Positions 28,136-38,214 of a DNA stretch of 64,000 nt are shown here, piece after piece. The notes beneath the pieces are model-generated. The model saw only the letters and a list, made by a program, of their open reading frames with translations. It was not told where the DNA came from and searched no databases. This DNA is from Candidatus Bathyarchaeia archaeon (GTDB lineage Archaea > Thermoproteota > Bathyarchaeia > Bathyarchaeales > Bathycorpusculaceae), in the NCBI GenBank assembly GCA_050012755.1, contig JBEKGO010000022.1:14885-78884 (forward strand). Reading direction: 5' to 3'. The translations under genes and the position numbers were made by a program. How positions within the stretch are numbered: position 1 is the first letter of the stretch; every line of letters starts with the position of its first letter.

Positions 28136-29794
28136 CTAACCTAAAAAGCGAACGAGGAAGAGTCTGTAACCTTTGTTGTTAGCAAAATCGCCAAAGAAAG
28201 GTTGATCAAGCGGATCGCCAAATCTGTGAGTATTGTAAATCATTGTCTCGACCTGCTGGTAATCCAAAGTAGAATTGAAAAATAATGTGTGAGGTCCATA
28301 GTCGAAGAGTATAATATATTTTACGTTTCGTTGTTGGCATAGAATGACGAATTCTGTTATGTTAAAGTTAGGCGTGAAGGCGTCAACTGCTAGGTCAGGG
28401 TACTGCCAAATCTGGTCTGCTGACATGTTCGCGGGCAAATAAAACCTAAACATATCTTGGTCCAAAAGGTTGGAAGCGCAAACCAGCACTGCTGACTGAT
28501 TTCGGTCAAGGTGATGAACCAAGTAGTTTGTAGCTTCATCGATGGGAATGTGGATTTGGTCTCTGGCAGTCATAAGGTAGGAATCACAACTAGCATAAGC
28601 AATTGTAGAAGCAATAACTACAATGAAAATCACTGAAGCAAGTTTTTTGACTCGAACATCCTTGGCATCAACCAAATGGGGTTTCCATGCGCGGACTCTG
28701 CCGTAGAGGAAAAAGATGAAGCTTGCCGCTGAAATCGCCAAGATTGGGAAGAGTGTGTCTACATATCGCCACTGCTTGTTTGGAATTGCAGTGAAGAAGA
28801 GGTAAATTACTATGAACCAAGTGAGCAGGAAAAGGTCTTCTTTTTTGCGGCGGTAAGCAAAAAGCCCTAAGCCGCATAAGCCTAAGATGATAATTGGCAA
28901 CGAGACGGGATGAACCGCTGCGTAGTTGTAGGGCCAGGTTATTTCAATCAAGTAGAAAACAGGCGCAAAAAATCGGTTGCTATATTCTAGTCGATTTTCT
29001 GCTCCGCTTTGCACTACATAACCAACGGTCTCAAACTTTGTCATACCATTAAGTTGATAGACCATCAGAAACCATGGAGCGGCCACCAAAACAGCGATTA
29101 CGAGAATGACGATGACCTTTGCTATGCTTATTTTCAATCTCTTGCGCAGAAGCAACAGAACAGTTGCTAACATGGCGATAGCTGCAATTAAAATCTCATA
29201 TTTTGCAAGAATGCCTATGCCTAAAGTTAAGCCGCTGAAAAAAAGCGCTTTGTAACTGTTATTAGTTATCCACGAGTAAAAGAAAAACATTACCAAAGTA
29301 AAAAAGAAAATGAGGATTGTTTCTAACATAGTTATTCTCGAAACCCAAAAGAACCCTGGCATAGTTCCGAGCAGTATGCTTGCGAGCAGCGCGTTTTTTG
29401 GTCCATACATTTTGCTGGAAAGTTCGAACACAACCCAGACGACAAGCACGGCAAAAGTAACTGAAACGAGCCTGCCCGCAATGGATGTCATCCCGAAAAT
29501 TTGCATGTACCCAGTTGTTATCAAGTCGAATAATGGCGGGTAATAGCCATAAGTTGTCATGTAGAGGCTTGTCTGTCCTCGGCTTAACAGCAAACCGCCG
29601 TACAGATGAGGCATTTCATCCCATTGAAGCGACATGTACCCCAAATTCCACAAAAGAAAAACAACATAGACTATAGCGAAAACAAGGAAAGCAAGCCGCC
29701 ACTTCTGTGTTTTAACTACAAGCTTCAGCCTTGACCCTGCAGAGGCGTCAATTAACGGCGTCGTTGCATTGGGGGATATGCTTGGTTCTTCTAT
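28136..29794 (-). CDS. GT-C fold glycosyltransferase (family 39/PMT_2), probable non-canonical ATA start
   Basis: WDE, YYPPL, GRLVSV, LAKY, QWRY motifs. Frame stays open upstream of the ORF-track start (29653), encoding the first TM up to an ATA preceded by AGGAGAGAGGT. Confidence 0.82.
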   Translation of the reverse strand: MEEPSISPNATTPLIDASAGSRLKLVVKTQKWRLAFLVFAIVYVVFLLWNLGYMSLQWDEMPHLYGGLLLSRGQTSLYMTTYGYYPPLFDLITTGYMQIFGMTSIAGRLVSVTFAVLVVWVVFELSSKMYGPKNALLASILLGTMPGFFWVSRITMLETILIFFFTLVMFFFYSWITNNSYKALFFSGLTLGIGILAKYEILIAAIAMLATVLLLLRKRLKISIAKVIVILVIAVLVAAPWFLMVYQLNGMTKFETVGYVVQSGAENRLEYSNRFFAPVFYLIEITWPYNYAAVHPVSLPIIILGLCGLGLFAYRRKKEDLFLLTWFIVIYLFFTAIPNKQWRYVDTLFPILAISAASFIFFLYGRVRAWKPHLVDAKDVRVKKLASVIFIVVIASTIAYASCDSYLMTARDQIHIPIDEATNYLVHHLDRNQSAVLVCASNLLDQDMFRFYLPANMSADQIWQYPDLAVDAFTPNFNITEFVILCQQRNVKYIILFDYGPHTLFFNSTLDYQQVETMIYNTHRFGDPLDQPFFGDFANNKGYRLFLVRFLG

Positions 29795-29976
29795 GGTGAA
29801 CCTCTCTCCTCTTAAACAACCATTAATTCAATCATAATAAAAAAGCGTTTGTTAAAATGCAGATAATTTTTAGCGCAAGAGCACCAAGCTGGAGTCTATT
29901 TCGCGTCAAGGGAATTTCGTAGGTATAACTGTATTTACCCAAAAACAATCCCAGCCAAAAGATATGTTCCGCATGG

Positions 29977-30699
29977 ATGGCAAACGCTAAAATGAAGTTA
30001 TCAATCGTAATACCAGCGTACAACGAGGAAAAACGAATCAAGACCACCTTGGAGAGCTTGGTTGAACGATTTGATGGTTCATGCGAAATTTTGGTAGTTT
30101 CAGAAAGCACTGATAAAACAGATGATATAGTCAGAGAATTCCCAAAGAACTCAGCAATTATCAAACTCTTAGCATCAAGCAAAAGGCTGGGAAAAGGCGG
30201 CGCTTTCAAAAAAGGCGCAACACAGGCCAATGGACAAATTGTAATGCTGCTTGATTCAGACCTGCCTGTGCCAGTGTCAGACGTTGAAAAAGTTGCAGCT
30301 TACATTGGGCAAGTTGATGTTGCGGTTGCTTCAAGAGAACTTAAAGAAACAAAAATCTTAATTTATCCTCCTCGTGCAAGAGTTTTCGCTGGAAAAGCCT
30401 TCTCAAGAATATTCAATGCCTTATTCAACCTCAATGTTAAGGATACTCAATGCGGCTGCAAGGCATTCAGAAAAGAGGTATTAGAAAAAGTCATAAATGA
30501 TGTTGAAAGTAATGGATTTGAGTTTGATGCAGAGCTTTTGTTCAAATGTAAAAGAGCTGGTTATAAAATAATAGAAGTCCCAGTGACTTGGAGTTATAAG
30601 CCTGATTCAAAGCTTAGTCTCTTTCAAGATACTTTAAAGATGGGCAGAGGGGTGCTCAAATTATGGGTGAAAACTTACATAGTCACGCAGAAGACTTAG
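29977..30699 (+). CDS. GT2 polyprenyl/dolichyl-phosphate glycosyltransferase
   Basis: SIVIPAYNEE, GKGGA, LDSDL, DTQCGCKAF, FEFDAELL. Confidence 0.9.
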   Translation: MANAKMKLSIVIPAYNEEKRIKTTLESLVERFDGSCEILVVSESTDKTDDIVREFPKNSAIIKLLASSKRLGKGGAFKKGATQANGQIVMLLDSDLPVPVSDVEKVAAYIGQVDVAVASRELKETKILIYPPRARVFAGKAFSRIFNALFNLNVKDTQCGCKAFRKEVLEKVINDVESNGFEFDAELLFKCKRAGYKIIEVPVTWSYKPDSKLSLFQDTLKMGRGVLKLWVKTYIVTQKT

Positions 30700-31349
30700 A
30701 GCGTTTTGAAGAATCAGATTTTTGGAGCAAAGTCAAGGTTAAACTGATTTTGAAGCTGGTTGAGGGCAAAAAAGTCTTAGATGTTGGCAGCGGCTCCGGG
30801 CTTTTATCCAAAACCCTGCTAAATAAAGGCTACAATGTAACGGTAATTGACAATGATAGTAAAGCAATTGAGATTGCAAAAAAGAAAGGAATCAACGGAT
30901 TTGTTGCTGACATAAATACTTGGCAAACCCAAGAAAAATTTGATTGCATAATTCTTGGCGACGTACTTGAGCATATTGAAGATGATGAGTTGGCTATCAA
31001 GAAAGTTCATGAAATGCTGGAACCTAACGGCTGCATCATTGTGAATGTGCCTGCATATCAAACATTATTTAGCAAACATGACATCGTCTTGGGTCATAAA
31101 CGGAGATATTCCAACACAGATCTCGAATCTAAACTTCAAGATTCTGGTTTTACAATCGAAAGATTAAGACATTGGAATCTGCTGGCACTTCCAATTACCG
31201 TGTTCATTAAGATTTCCAAAAAAGATTACCCACATGAAAAAGTGTCAAATGTAACGCTGCTGTCAAAACTTCTCGAAAAATGGCTGTTAGCAGAATCAAA
31301 AGTGAATTATTGGTTTGGGATCTCTATTTTGTGCAAAGCAAGAAAATAA
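30663..31349 (+). CDS. Class I SAM-dependent methyltransferase
   Basis: VLDVGSGSG, DVLEHIEDD, VPAYQ...HD...GHKRRY. Confidence 0.88.
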   Translation: MGENLHSHAEDLERFEESDFWSKVKVKLILKLVEGKKVLDVGSGSGLLSKTLLNKGYNVTVIDNDSKAIEIAKKKGINGFVADINTWQTQEKFDCIILGDVLEHIEDDELAIKKVHEMLEPNGCIIVNVPAYQTLFSKHDIVLGHKRRYSNTDLESKLQDSGFTIERLRHWNLLALPITVFIKISKKDYPHEKVSNVTLLSKLLEKWLLAESKVNYWFGISILCKARK

Positions 31350-31374
31350 CAAGAAGGCATCTTAAAATTTTGTA

Positions 31375-32037
31375 TTAGACGTGGCTCAATTTTTTAATCA
31401 TCCTTACGACCCGATGGTACTCTTGTTGAATGTTTAAAGTAACGGGTACAGCTTTGCCGAAGGGCTGGCAATTGCCTTCTACAATGGCTTTGGCGATGGC
31501 TTCAACATTTGGCTCCACAGCCTCAATAACTGTGTAAGCATAACCTATTTGCGGTCCGTAATGTGAATCAGTGCCCGCCACCCGAACAAGCCCCAGCTTC
31601 TTGGCGGTTTCCTCTGCTTTTTTAACGCTACGTTTGAAGGGGAAAGCTCGGGAATTTATAACTTCCACTGCGTCAAAGGTGCTGCATACATTTTCTTTTA
31701 GGCACCCTTTGAAGTACACGTAGGGGTGGCAGGCAATTGCGACTCCACCTGCCTTATGAATGCGCTCGACAGTTTCAGGAGCGCTTAAACCTCGGGGGAT
31801 AAGCTCATGAACGTTAAGTGCGACGATGTGTCCGTCTGCGCTGGAGACTTCCATTCCTGGGATAATTAGGAAGTCTGTTTCTTTAGCTATTTTATACGCG
31901 CCATCCAACTGGTCATGGTCTGTGACAGCTACAGCATTTAAACCCCGCTTTTTCGCATAATAAACAAGGTCTTTTGGCGTTATCAAAGAATCTTTCGAGT
32001 AGGTAGTGTGTACATGAAGGTCAGCTGTAATTCGCAT
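31375..32037 (-). CDS. PHP-domain metallophosphoesterase
   Basis: DLHVHT.YS.DS, VTDHD, GMEVS...GH, HPY, GTDSH. Confidence 0.9.
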   Translation of the reverse strand: MRITADLHVHTTYSKDSLITPKDLVYYAKKRGLNAVAVTDHDQLDGAYKIAKETDFLIIPGMEVSSADGHIVALNVHELIPRGLSAPETVERIHKAGGVAIACHPYVYFKGCLKENVCSTFDAVEVINSRAFPFKRSVKKAEETAKKLGLVRVAGTDSHYGPQIGYAYTVIEAVEPNVEAIAKAIVEGNCQPFGKAVPVTLNIQQEYHRVVRMIKKLSHV

Positions 32038-32051
32038 AGTTAGCCCCGTTC

Positions 32052-33752
32052 TTATTTTGGCTGGCTTTCCAGTTTAGCTCTAATCTGAGCCAACTGCTCA
32101 TCCAGTTTCGCCTCGTCAGCATCAATTTTGTGAAACAGTGGCTTTGGCTTAGCTATTTTATGCCCAGCTCCAAGCGGTACTAAAGCTTCAGTCCAGTTGG
32201 TTTTGGCTGCGCTTCCTGGGAGGTTGAGTGTTTGCCAGAGCTGCTCTGCCGTTTCTGGAATGAAGGGTGCTGAAACAACTGCGATGGCTTTCACAACTTG
32301 CGCGGTTACGTAAAAGATGGTTCCAGCTTTTTCTTTGTCGGTTTTCATTAAGTTCCATGGTTCTTTGTCGTTGAGGTATTGGTTGCCGATTCGGCTTATG
32401 CCGATGAGCGTGTTTGCGGCGGATTGTAACCATGAACCTTCGATTTCTTTAGCGGCTTGTTCAACTTTTTCTTTGACCGCTTGCAATATTGCCTCATCGT
32501 CTCTGTCAAGTTTGGTTGGTGCTGGAATTTGCCCATCAAATTTACTGTTAATGAATGAGAGGGTGCGGTGGATGAAGTTGCCGAAGGTGTCGTTGAGGTC
32601 AGCGTTTATTTTGTCTATGAAGGCGCTCCATGTGAAATTGGTATCTTTGCTTTCCGGTCGCGTTGATACTAGGAAGAAGCGCCAGTAATCTACGGGAAAC
32701 ATTTCTAGGGCTTCATCTATCCAGATGCCGATGCGTTGGCTTTTGGAAGCTTTTTGCCCTTTGAACTGTAGAAATTCGGTGGCTGAAACATTCCAGGGTA
32801 GATTGTAGCCTTGTCCTGAAGCCAGCAAGAGGGCGGGTAGGATTATGGTGTGGAAGGGGATGTTGTCTTTGCCGACGAAGTATAAGGTTTTGGCTTCCTT
32901 GCCAAACCAGAATTCACGCCACAGCTCAGGTTGACCCATCCGTTCGGATAGCTCTATCGTTGCTGAAATATAGCCTAAAACCGCGTCAACCCAAACATAG
33001 ATTGTTTTGCCTTCTGCCCCTTTGAAAGGTGCGGGGATGCCCCATTCGATATCGCGGGTGACGGCTCGTGGTTTTAAGCCTTCTTTTATCCAGTTCAGGC
33101 TGAAGTTTTTGACGTTGACTGGTAACTGCTGGTTACCTTTTAGGTACTCTGTCAATGGCTCGGATAGTTTTGAGAGGTCGATGTACCAATGCCTAGTGAC
33201 TTTTACGGTAGGCTTATTTTTGCAGATCACACAGTACGGCTCAACAAGCATAGTAGGCTCAAGTAGCCTGCCACATAGGTCGCACTGATCTCCGCGGGCT
33301 TTTTCACAACCGCAGTAAGGACATTTGCCTTCCACAAATCGGTCGGGTAAGAAGCGCTGGTCATGCTCGCAATAGAGCATCTGGGTTTCTTTATCGAAAA
33401 TGTAACCATTTTTTTCGATTTCCAGCAGTGTTTTTTGAACAAACGCTCTGTGCACTGGGCTTTCTGTGCTTGTGTAATTGTCAAAAGAAGCTCCCCATCG
33501 CCGGAAGAGTTCGGCTACTCTGGCGTGGTTCCGGTCAGTCAATTCTTTAGGTGTGATGCCCTGTTTTATCGCTTCTACCTCGATGGGTGTACCATGCGTG
33601 TCTGAACCGCTCACCATCAGCGTATCGTCGCCCTTTAGCCTGTAATATCTGGCTGTAACGTCGGCTGAAAGGACGGAACCAACAAGGTTGCCCAGATGGG
33701 GTGTGACATTAATGTACGGCCAAGCGGATGTAACTAAAACTCTTTCAGGCAA
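32052..33752 (-). CDS. metG: Methionine--tRNA ligase
   Basis: TSAWPYIN..PHLGN, GSDTHGTPI, Zn knuckles, YVWVDA, GKDNIPFH, KASKS. Confidence 0.96.
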   Translation of the reverse strand: MPERVLVTSAWPYINVTPHLGNLVGSVLSADVTARYYRLKGDDTLMVSGSDTHGTPIEVEAIKQGITPKELTDRNHARVAELFRRWGASFDNYTSTESPVHRAFVQKTLLEIEKNGYIFDKETQMLYCEHDQRFLPDRFVEGKCPYCGCEKARGDQCDLCGRLLEPTMLVEPYCVICKNKPTVKVTRHWYIDLSKLSEPLTEYLKGNQQLPVNVKNFSLNWIKEGLKPRAVTRDIEWGIPAPFKGAEGKTIYVWVDAVLGYISATIELSERMGQPELWREFWFGKEAKTLYFVGKDNIPFHTIILPALLLASGQGYNLPWNVSATEFLQFKGQKASKSQRIGIWIDEALEMFPVDYWRFFLVSTRPESKDTNFTWSAFIDKINADLNDTFGNFIHRTLSFINSKFDGQIPAPTKLDRDDEAILQAVKEKVEQAAKEIEGSWLQSAANTLIGISRIGNQYLNDKEPWNLMKTDKEKAGTIFYVTAQVVKAIAVVSAPFIPETAEQLWQTLNLPGSAAKTNWTEALVPLGAGHKIAKPKPLFHKIDADEAKLDEQLAQIRAKLESQPK

Positions 33753-34006
33753 GCTTAAATCTCCAACAAATCGTTCAGCGCCAACCTTATTAAAATTACT
33801 ATCCCGCCAAATCTTAACCGTAGAATAATTGAAGAAAGCTGCCCACGAACACGAGACATTGCTGCCCTTAGATTAGCGCCAATTTCTCTTACCAAAATCA
33901 ATCGATAGAAAATCTAAAAATGTTAAAACCAATATCAAACTGATGATTTTCTAATAAATGCTTAAATTAAAAAGTGCAATAACCGTAACATGAGGATTCA
34001 TAACAG

Positions 34007-34324
34007 TTGCCTTACTGTCGAAATTGTGGAACTAAACTTGAAGAAAATGCAAGGTTCTGCCATAAATGCGGAACCCCAGCTGCCACCCTGCCGCCTCCAT
34101 CTCCGCCGGCAACAATGAAACCAAATAGAAATGACCCGCTCTTTGTTACAAGCATCGTCATAGCTGCCGTTGTGATCTCAGCTATAATTATTGGCGCTAT
34201 AATTCTTCTTGCTTTTTTTCACGTTAATTTCGGCACAAACAATTCAAACCAGCCAAACCTCAACACTTTAAATCTAATTTTCAGTACGATAGTGCATAAA
34301 CAAATGCCGTTACTAACTTCATAA
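34007..34324 (+). CDS. Zinc-ribbon membrane protein
   Basis: YCRNCG...FCHKCG, Pro-rich linker, one TM. Confidence 0.75.
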   Translation: MPYCRNCGTKLEENARFCHKCGTPAATLPPPSPPATMKPNRNDPLFVTSIVIAAVVISAIIIGAIILLAFFHVNFGTNNSNQPNLNTLNLIFSTIVHKQMPLLTS

Positions 34325-34393
34325 CTCTGAGAGCTAAGGCGTAAACCATTTAAAACACAAGTCTCTAACTTTTTAATATAAGAAGGAATTTTT

Positions 34394-34633
34394 TTGACTG
34401 AAACAAAAAAAGTGACTAAACAAGAACTTGAAGCAAATAACGGAAAAAACGGCAAACCAGCCTACTTCGCCTATAAAGGCAAAGTGTATGATGTTTCTGA
34501 AAGCAGTTTTTGGCTTGATGGAGACCATTTGGGAATGCATGAGGCTGGCAAAAACTTAACTGAAGAGTTAGAGATGGCTCCTCATAGGGAAGAGAATTTT
34601 CAGAGAGTAAAACTTGTTGGCGACTTAGTTTAG
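34394..34633 (+). CDS. Cytochrome b5-like heme/steroid-binding protein
   Basis: ELEANNGKNGKPAYFAYKGKVYDVS...W..G.H...H.AG..LT..L..APH. Confidence 0.9.
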   Translation: MTETKKVTKQELEANNGKNGKPAYFAYKGKVYDVSESSFWLDGDHLGMHEAGKNLTEELEMAPHREENFQRVKLVGDLV

Positions 34634-34645
34634 GCAAATATGCGC

Positions 34646-35881
34646 CTAAAAAATACATTGCAGCACAGAGTCTATACTGTGTAAATCACCCATTACGTTT
34701 TTCACATCTTTTTTGCTTAAAGATTCAAAGTTTTTATGCAGTTCACTGATGGTTTCGTAAAGTCTATCGAAGGCTGATTTTACAGATAAATCATTGCTCA
34801 TGGCGTTTTCAAAGTCAGACCTAAGTCTGCCTGTAAGCACAGCCACTTTAGGGTGGGAACGGTCAGATTTTTGCTCTTGCAACTTCCTAATAATGTGTTT
34901 GAAAGAATCGAGTTTGCGGCTTGTCTCACCAAGTTTTTCCATGGTGAAGTTTAGTTTCTCTCTGTAAGATCCATAGATTAGAAAGAACCTTAAATGCTCG
35001 CCGCTGAATCCTTTTTTTAACAGGTCGTTTGGGTAATACACGTTGCCTGTGCTTTTTGACATTTTTTTCCCATTTACGAAGAGATGCCCGCCGTGAAGCC
35101 AATAACGCGAAAAAGGTTTGCCTGAAACGGCTTCTGCAACGGCAAGCGTATAATCATGATGTCTAACCAAATTATCAATTCCCCCGCAAGCAACATCGAT
35201 TGAGAAACCCAAATGCTTAGTTACAATTGCTGCATCCTGAATATTCCAAGCTGGCCTGCCGCCGCCAATCGACGTTTGATAACAAACATATCCTTGTTTG
35301 CAACCATCCCAAATGATAAAATCTCCCTTGTTCCATGGTGTGCCAGGGTAAGTATCCTTATGAAAGCGCCGTTTCTTTTTAGGCCACTTTGTCATATCCA
35401 AATGCGACAGTTTTCCGAAGCCTTTGAATTTTAATGGGTCAAAATAGACGTTCTCCGTTCCTTCATACTGGTATCGGTAAGCGTATCCTTTCTCCAAGAG
35501 TTGAGCAATCAATTTTGCCGCTTGATCCACAGCTGAAGAAGCCCTTATGGAGTAATCGGGCGTTTTGATTCTCAAAAGCTTGAAATCTTTGAAGAAGACG
35601 GCTTCATTCTTTGCAGATAACTGCTCGACAGTTATGTTTTCTTTTTTTGCTTGAGCTATAGCTTTGTCTTCTACATCAGTTAAGGTGATTAGACGCGTCA
35701 CCTTGTACCCTAAGTATTCCATGTAACGTTGAAGTACGTCTTCAAAGAGAAAGGTGCGGTAGTTCCCGATGTGAGGTCGTAAGTAGGTGGATGGGCCGCA
35801 AGTATACATTTTAACATGCATGTCTGCGGAGGGCTGAAACAGCTCAATTTTTCTGCTCAAAGAGTTGTAGAGATTCAGCAA
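34646..35881 (-). CDS. Cysteinyl-tRNA synthetase/MshC-like class I ligase paralog
   Basis: YTCGPS, HIGN, TDVEDK, GRPAW, KMSKSTGN, DALR-like helix; substituted Zn ligands and no anticodon-binding domain. Confidence 0.85.
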   Translation of the reverse strand: MLNLYNSLSRKIELFQPSADMHVKMYTCGPSTYLRPHIGNYRTFLFEDVLQRYMEYLGYKVTRLITLTDVEDKAIAQAKKENITVEQLSAKNEAVFFKDFKLLRIKTPDYSIRASSAVDQAAKLIAQLLEKGYAYRYQYEGTENVYFDPLKFKGFGKLSHLDMTKWPKKKRRFHKDTYPGTPWNKGDFIIWDGCKQGYVCYQTSIGGGRPAWNIQDAAIVTKHLGFSIDVACGGIDNLVRHHDYTLAVAEAVSGKPFSRYWLHGGHLFVNGKKMSKSTGNVYYPNDLLKKGFSGEHLRFFLIYGSYREKLNFTMEKLGETSRKLDSFKHIIRKLQEQKSDRSHPKVAVLTGRLRSDFENAMSNDLSVKSAFDRLYETISELHKNFESLSKKDVKNVMGDLHSIDSVLQCIF

Positions 35882-35897
35882 CCTGTGTCTTCTTCCT

Positions 35898-36374
35898 CTA
35901 CGTTGTAAGCGACTGCTCTTTTTGAAGTTCCTGTAGTGTTTTTTTGGCTTCTTCTACATGGCGGGGAGCTTGGGATTGGGAAGAGAAAATATTCCTGACA
36001 ACACCTCGTTTATCAATGATAAAAGTGACTCTTCCAGGAATTATGCCCATGGTTGAGTGCACACCATATAATTTGTGTACTTTGTTATCTGCATCGCTTA
36101 GAAGCAAAAAAGGCAGCCCATAGTGGGATGCAAAAGACTTGTGCGACGCTATACTTTGAGCGCTGACGCCAAGAACTTCAGCGTCTAAATTTGTTAATTC
36201 CTCGTAGCTGTCTCTGAAAGTGCATGCTTCTTTTGTACAGCCAGGTGATTCATCCATCGGATAAAAATATAAAACCACGTTTTTCTTACCGAAGTATTCA
36301 GATAGAGTTACGTCATCGCCCATTTGTGAAGGAAGCGTAAAATCAGGCGCTTTATCGCCAACATTAACAGACAA
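35898..36374 (-). CDS. bcp: Peroxiredoxin (BCP/PrxQ)
   Basis: GDKAPDFTL, YFYPMDESPGCTKEACTFRD. Confidence 0.92.
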   Translation of the reverse strand: MSVNVGDKAPDFTLPSQMGDDVTLSEYFGKKNVVLYFYPMDESPGCTKEACTFRDSYEELTNLDAEVLGVSAQSIASHKSFASHYGLPFLLLSDADNKVHKLYGVHSTMGIIPGRVTFIIDKRGVVRNIFSSQSQAPRHVEEAKKTLQELQKEQSLTT

Positions 36375-36472
36375 GAAATCACCAATGAAACAAACTTTTG
36401 AAAGCTATTATTCTTTTCGCATTTCTGCGATAGCGACTAACTGTTATAAGAAACGAAATCCAAGTAGAATCC

Positions 36473-37072
36473 ATGGAAAAAACATTAACCGCAGCTGAAC
36501 ACAAATGTGAAGCCCTATACTCCACTGCACCGGGCACCCCAATTGTTTTCCTGCACGGATTATCGTACACGAAAGACATTTGGGAGCAGATTGGAGTAAC
36601 AGAACTGTTAATGGAAAAACATGTGCCGTTTTTAGCCTTAGACATGCCTTACGGTTTGAGAAGTAAATGTCAACCTAAAAGCCGAAACCCCGAAACCAAT
36701 GTTGAAGTTGCAGCTGAAGCTATTAAGAGTCAGTTCGGTTCAACAGTGCCAGTTCTTGTCGGCGCAAGCATAGGGGGACACATCGCGTTGAGGTACGCAG
36801 CAAGGTTTCCTGTCAAGGGTTTGTTTTTGGTTGCACCTGCCCGAGCATTCACAGAGGACCTGTTGCAGTCTTATAAGAAATTTAATTTTCCAGTCAGGAT
36901 CATTTGGGGTTCGCAAGATAATGTTATTTCTGGTGAAGAAATGCGAACTTTGGCTGACAAATTGCCTAAAGCTAAACTTTTAGTCTACTATGGCGCTACG
37001 CATTCAGCCTACAAAGATAAGCCTGAACAATTCAAACGCGACCTGCTAGAGTTCTACGCCAACGCAGAGTAA
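36473..37072 (+). CDS. Alpha/beta hydrolase (ABHD14-like)
   Basis: LHG, DMPYG, GASIGG nucleophile elbow, WGSQD, ATHSAY. Confidence 0.88.
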   Translation: MEKTLTAAEHKCEALYSTAPGTPIVFLHGLSYTKDIWEQIGVTELLMEKHVPFLALDMPYGLRSKCQPKSRNPETNVEVAAEAIKSQFGSTVPVLVGASIGGHIALRYAARFPVKGLFLVAPARAFTEDLLQSYKKFNFPVRIIWGSQDNVISGEEMRTLADKLPKAKLLVYYGATHSAYKDKPEQFKRDLLEFYANAE

Positions 37073-37084
37073 ACTTAATCTTCA

Positions 37085-37645
37085 CTATGGCAAAGGTTTT
37101 CCAGTAACAACATAGTGGTAATTTCCTGCAGCCTTGATGTTTTCAATTTGAAAACCTGCATTTCTAATCAAATTTGATGCTTGCTCCTCGCTGAATCGAA
37201 TTTTACCGGGTGGACCAAAAGGTATTTCTTGTTTTTTCCAGTCCAAATCAATCAGTCGTCCATCAGCCTTCATCATTTTTTTAGCATTTTCCAAAACTTT
37301 AACAGGATCAGCAAAGTCATGAAGCACCATACTATAAAAAACAAAATCAGCGCATTTATCGCAGAAAACAGTTTCCTCACCCATGCCAATTTTGGCAGTG
37401 ATGTTTTTCAAGCCTTCAACTTCGGCTCTAAAGTTGAGTTTCTTGATGGCTGATGCATCTGCATCCACAGCGTAGACTTTCCCGCGTTCGCCAACTTTTT
37501 TTGCTGCTAAAATAGTGAAGAAGCCATCGCCACAGCCAATATCAGCAAATACCATGCCAGAGCGTAAGTCTTGCAGAATAGCCTCTGGATTATACCATGA
37601 GCGTCTTGTAGCTTCGTCGAGGGCAAAGCCGCCGTGACAAGTCAT
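37085..37645 (-). CDS. Class I SAM-dependent methyltransferase
   Basis: ADIGCGDGFF, VYAVD, VLHD, DWKK...GPP. Confidence 0.88.
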   Translation of the reverse strand: MTCHGGFALDEATRRSWYNPEAILQDLRSGMVFADIGCGDGFFTILAAKKVGERGKVYAVDADASAIKKLNFRAEVEGLKNITAKIGMGEETVFCDKCADFVFYSMVLHDFADPVKVLENAKKMMKADGRLIDLDWKKQEIPFGPPGKIRFSEEQASNLIRNAGFQIENIKAAGNYHYVVTGKPLP

Positions 37646-37664
37646 ATGTGGAGACCGACGTTGA

Positions 37665-37961
37665 CTATGGCTTAAGCAATTCTCTTATTTGTTTTTCATG
37701 CGTTTGTCGAGTTGTTAGAGGGTAGATTTCTCGTTCACATTCAAAAAATAATGGATCTTGACCGATTATTTTTGAGAGTTTCTCGTCTGAATCAACATTA
37801 ACTACGATCATAGTGCCTTGGTGCCCTATTAGGTGGTAATTAACTTCGATAGTCTTTTCCTTTTCCAAATTTTCAAAATACTTGAATTGTAGCGGAAGCA
37901 GTTTTGCCCATTTTTCGATGGGAACTTCTCTTTTTACTTTCTGTATAATCAAAAATTTCAT
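37665..37961 (-). CDS. Muconolactone isomerase/DUF3303-like small protein
   Basis: MKFL start, NVDSDEKL...DPLF...EIYPL ferredoxin-like pattern. Confidence 0.55.
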   Translation of the reverse strand: MKFLIIQKVKREVPIEKWAKLLPLQFKYFENLEKEKTIEVNYHLIGHQGTMIVVNVDSDEKLSKIIGQDPLFFECEREIYPLTTRQTHEKQIRELLKP

Positions 37962-38061
37962 AATTATCAATTAATACAAAGTTGAGACTATTTTAAAATG
38001 TTTCTTAAATAGCATAAGTTCAAAAAAAGAAAAATGTGAGAGGTATTCTGATTGCCATTTT

Positions 38062-38214
38062 TTATTCTTTCTTTTCTCCGTGTCCTTTGAACATTTCGGG
38101 CAACTTCATTGACATCTTGGACATTGACTCTTTGGCTAATTCCATCAGTTCCTCGTTTACTTCAAATTCTACGGTTATTTTCAATTTTCCTTTCTTTTCG
38201 GGCATTTCAGTCAT
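38062..38214 (-). CDS. Small hypothetical protein (50 aa, not in ORF track)
   Basis: MTEMPEKKGKLKITVEFEVNEELMELAKESMSKMSMKLPEMFKGHGEKKE; strong SD AGGAGGTG; overlaps the upstream gene stop. Confidence 0.7.
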   Translation of the reverse strand: MTEMPEKKGKLKITVEFEVNEELMELAKESMSKMSMKLPEMFKGHGEKKE

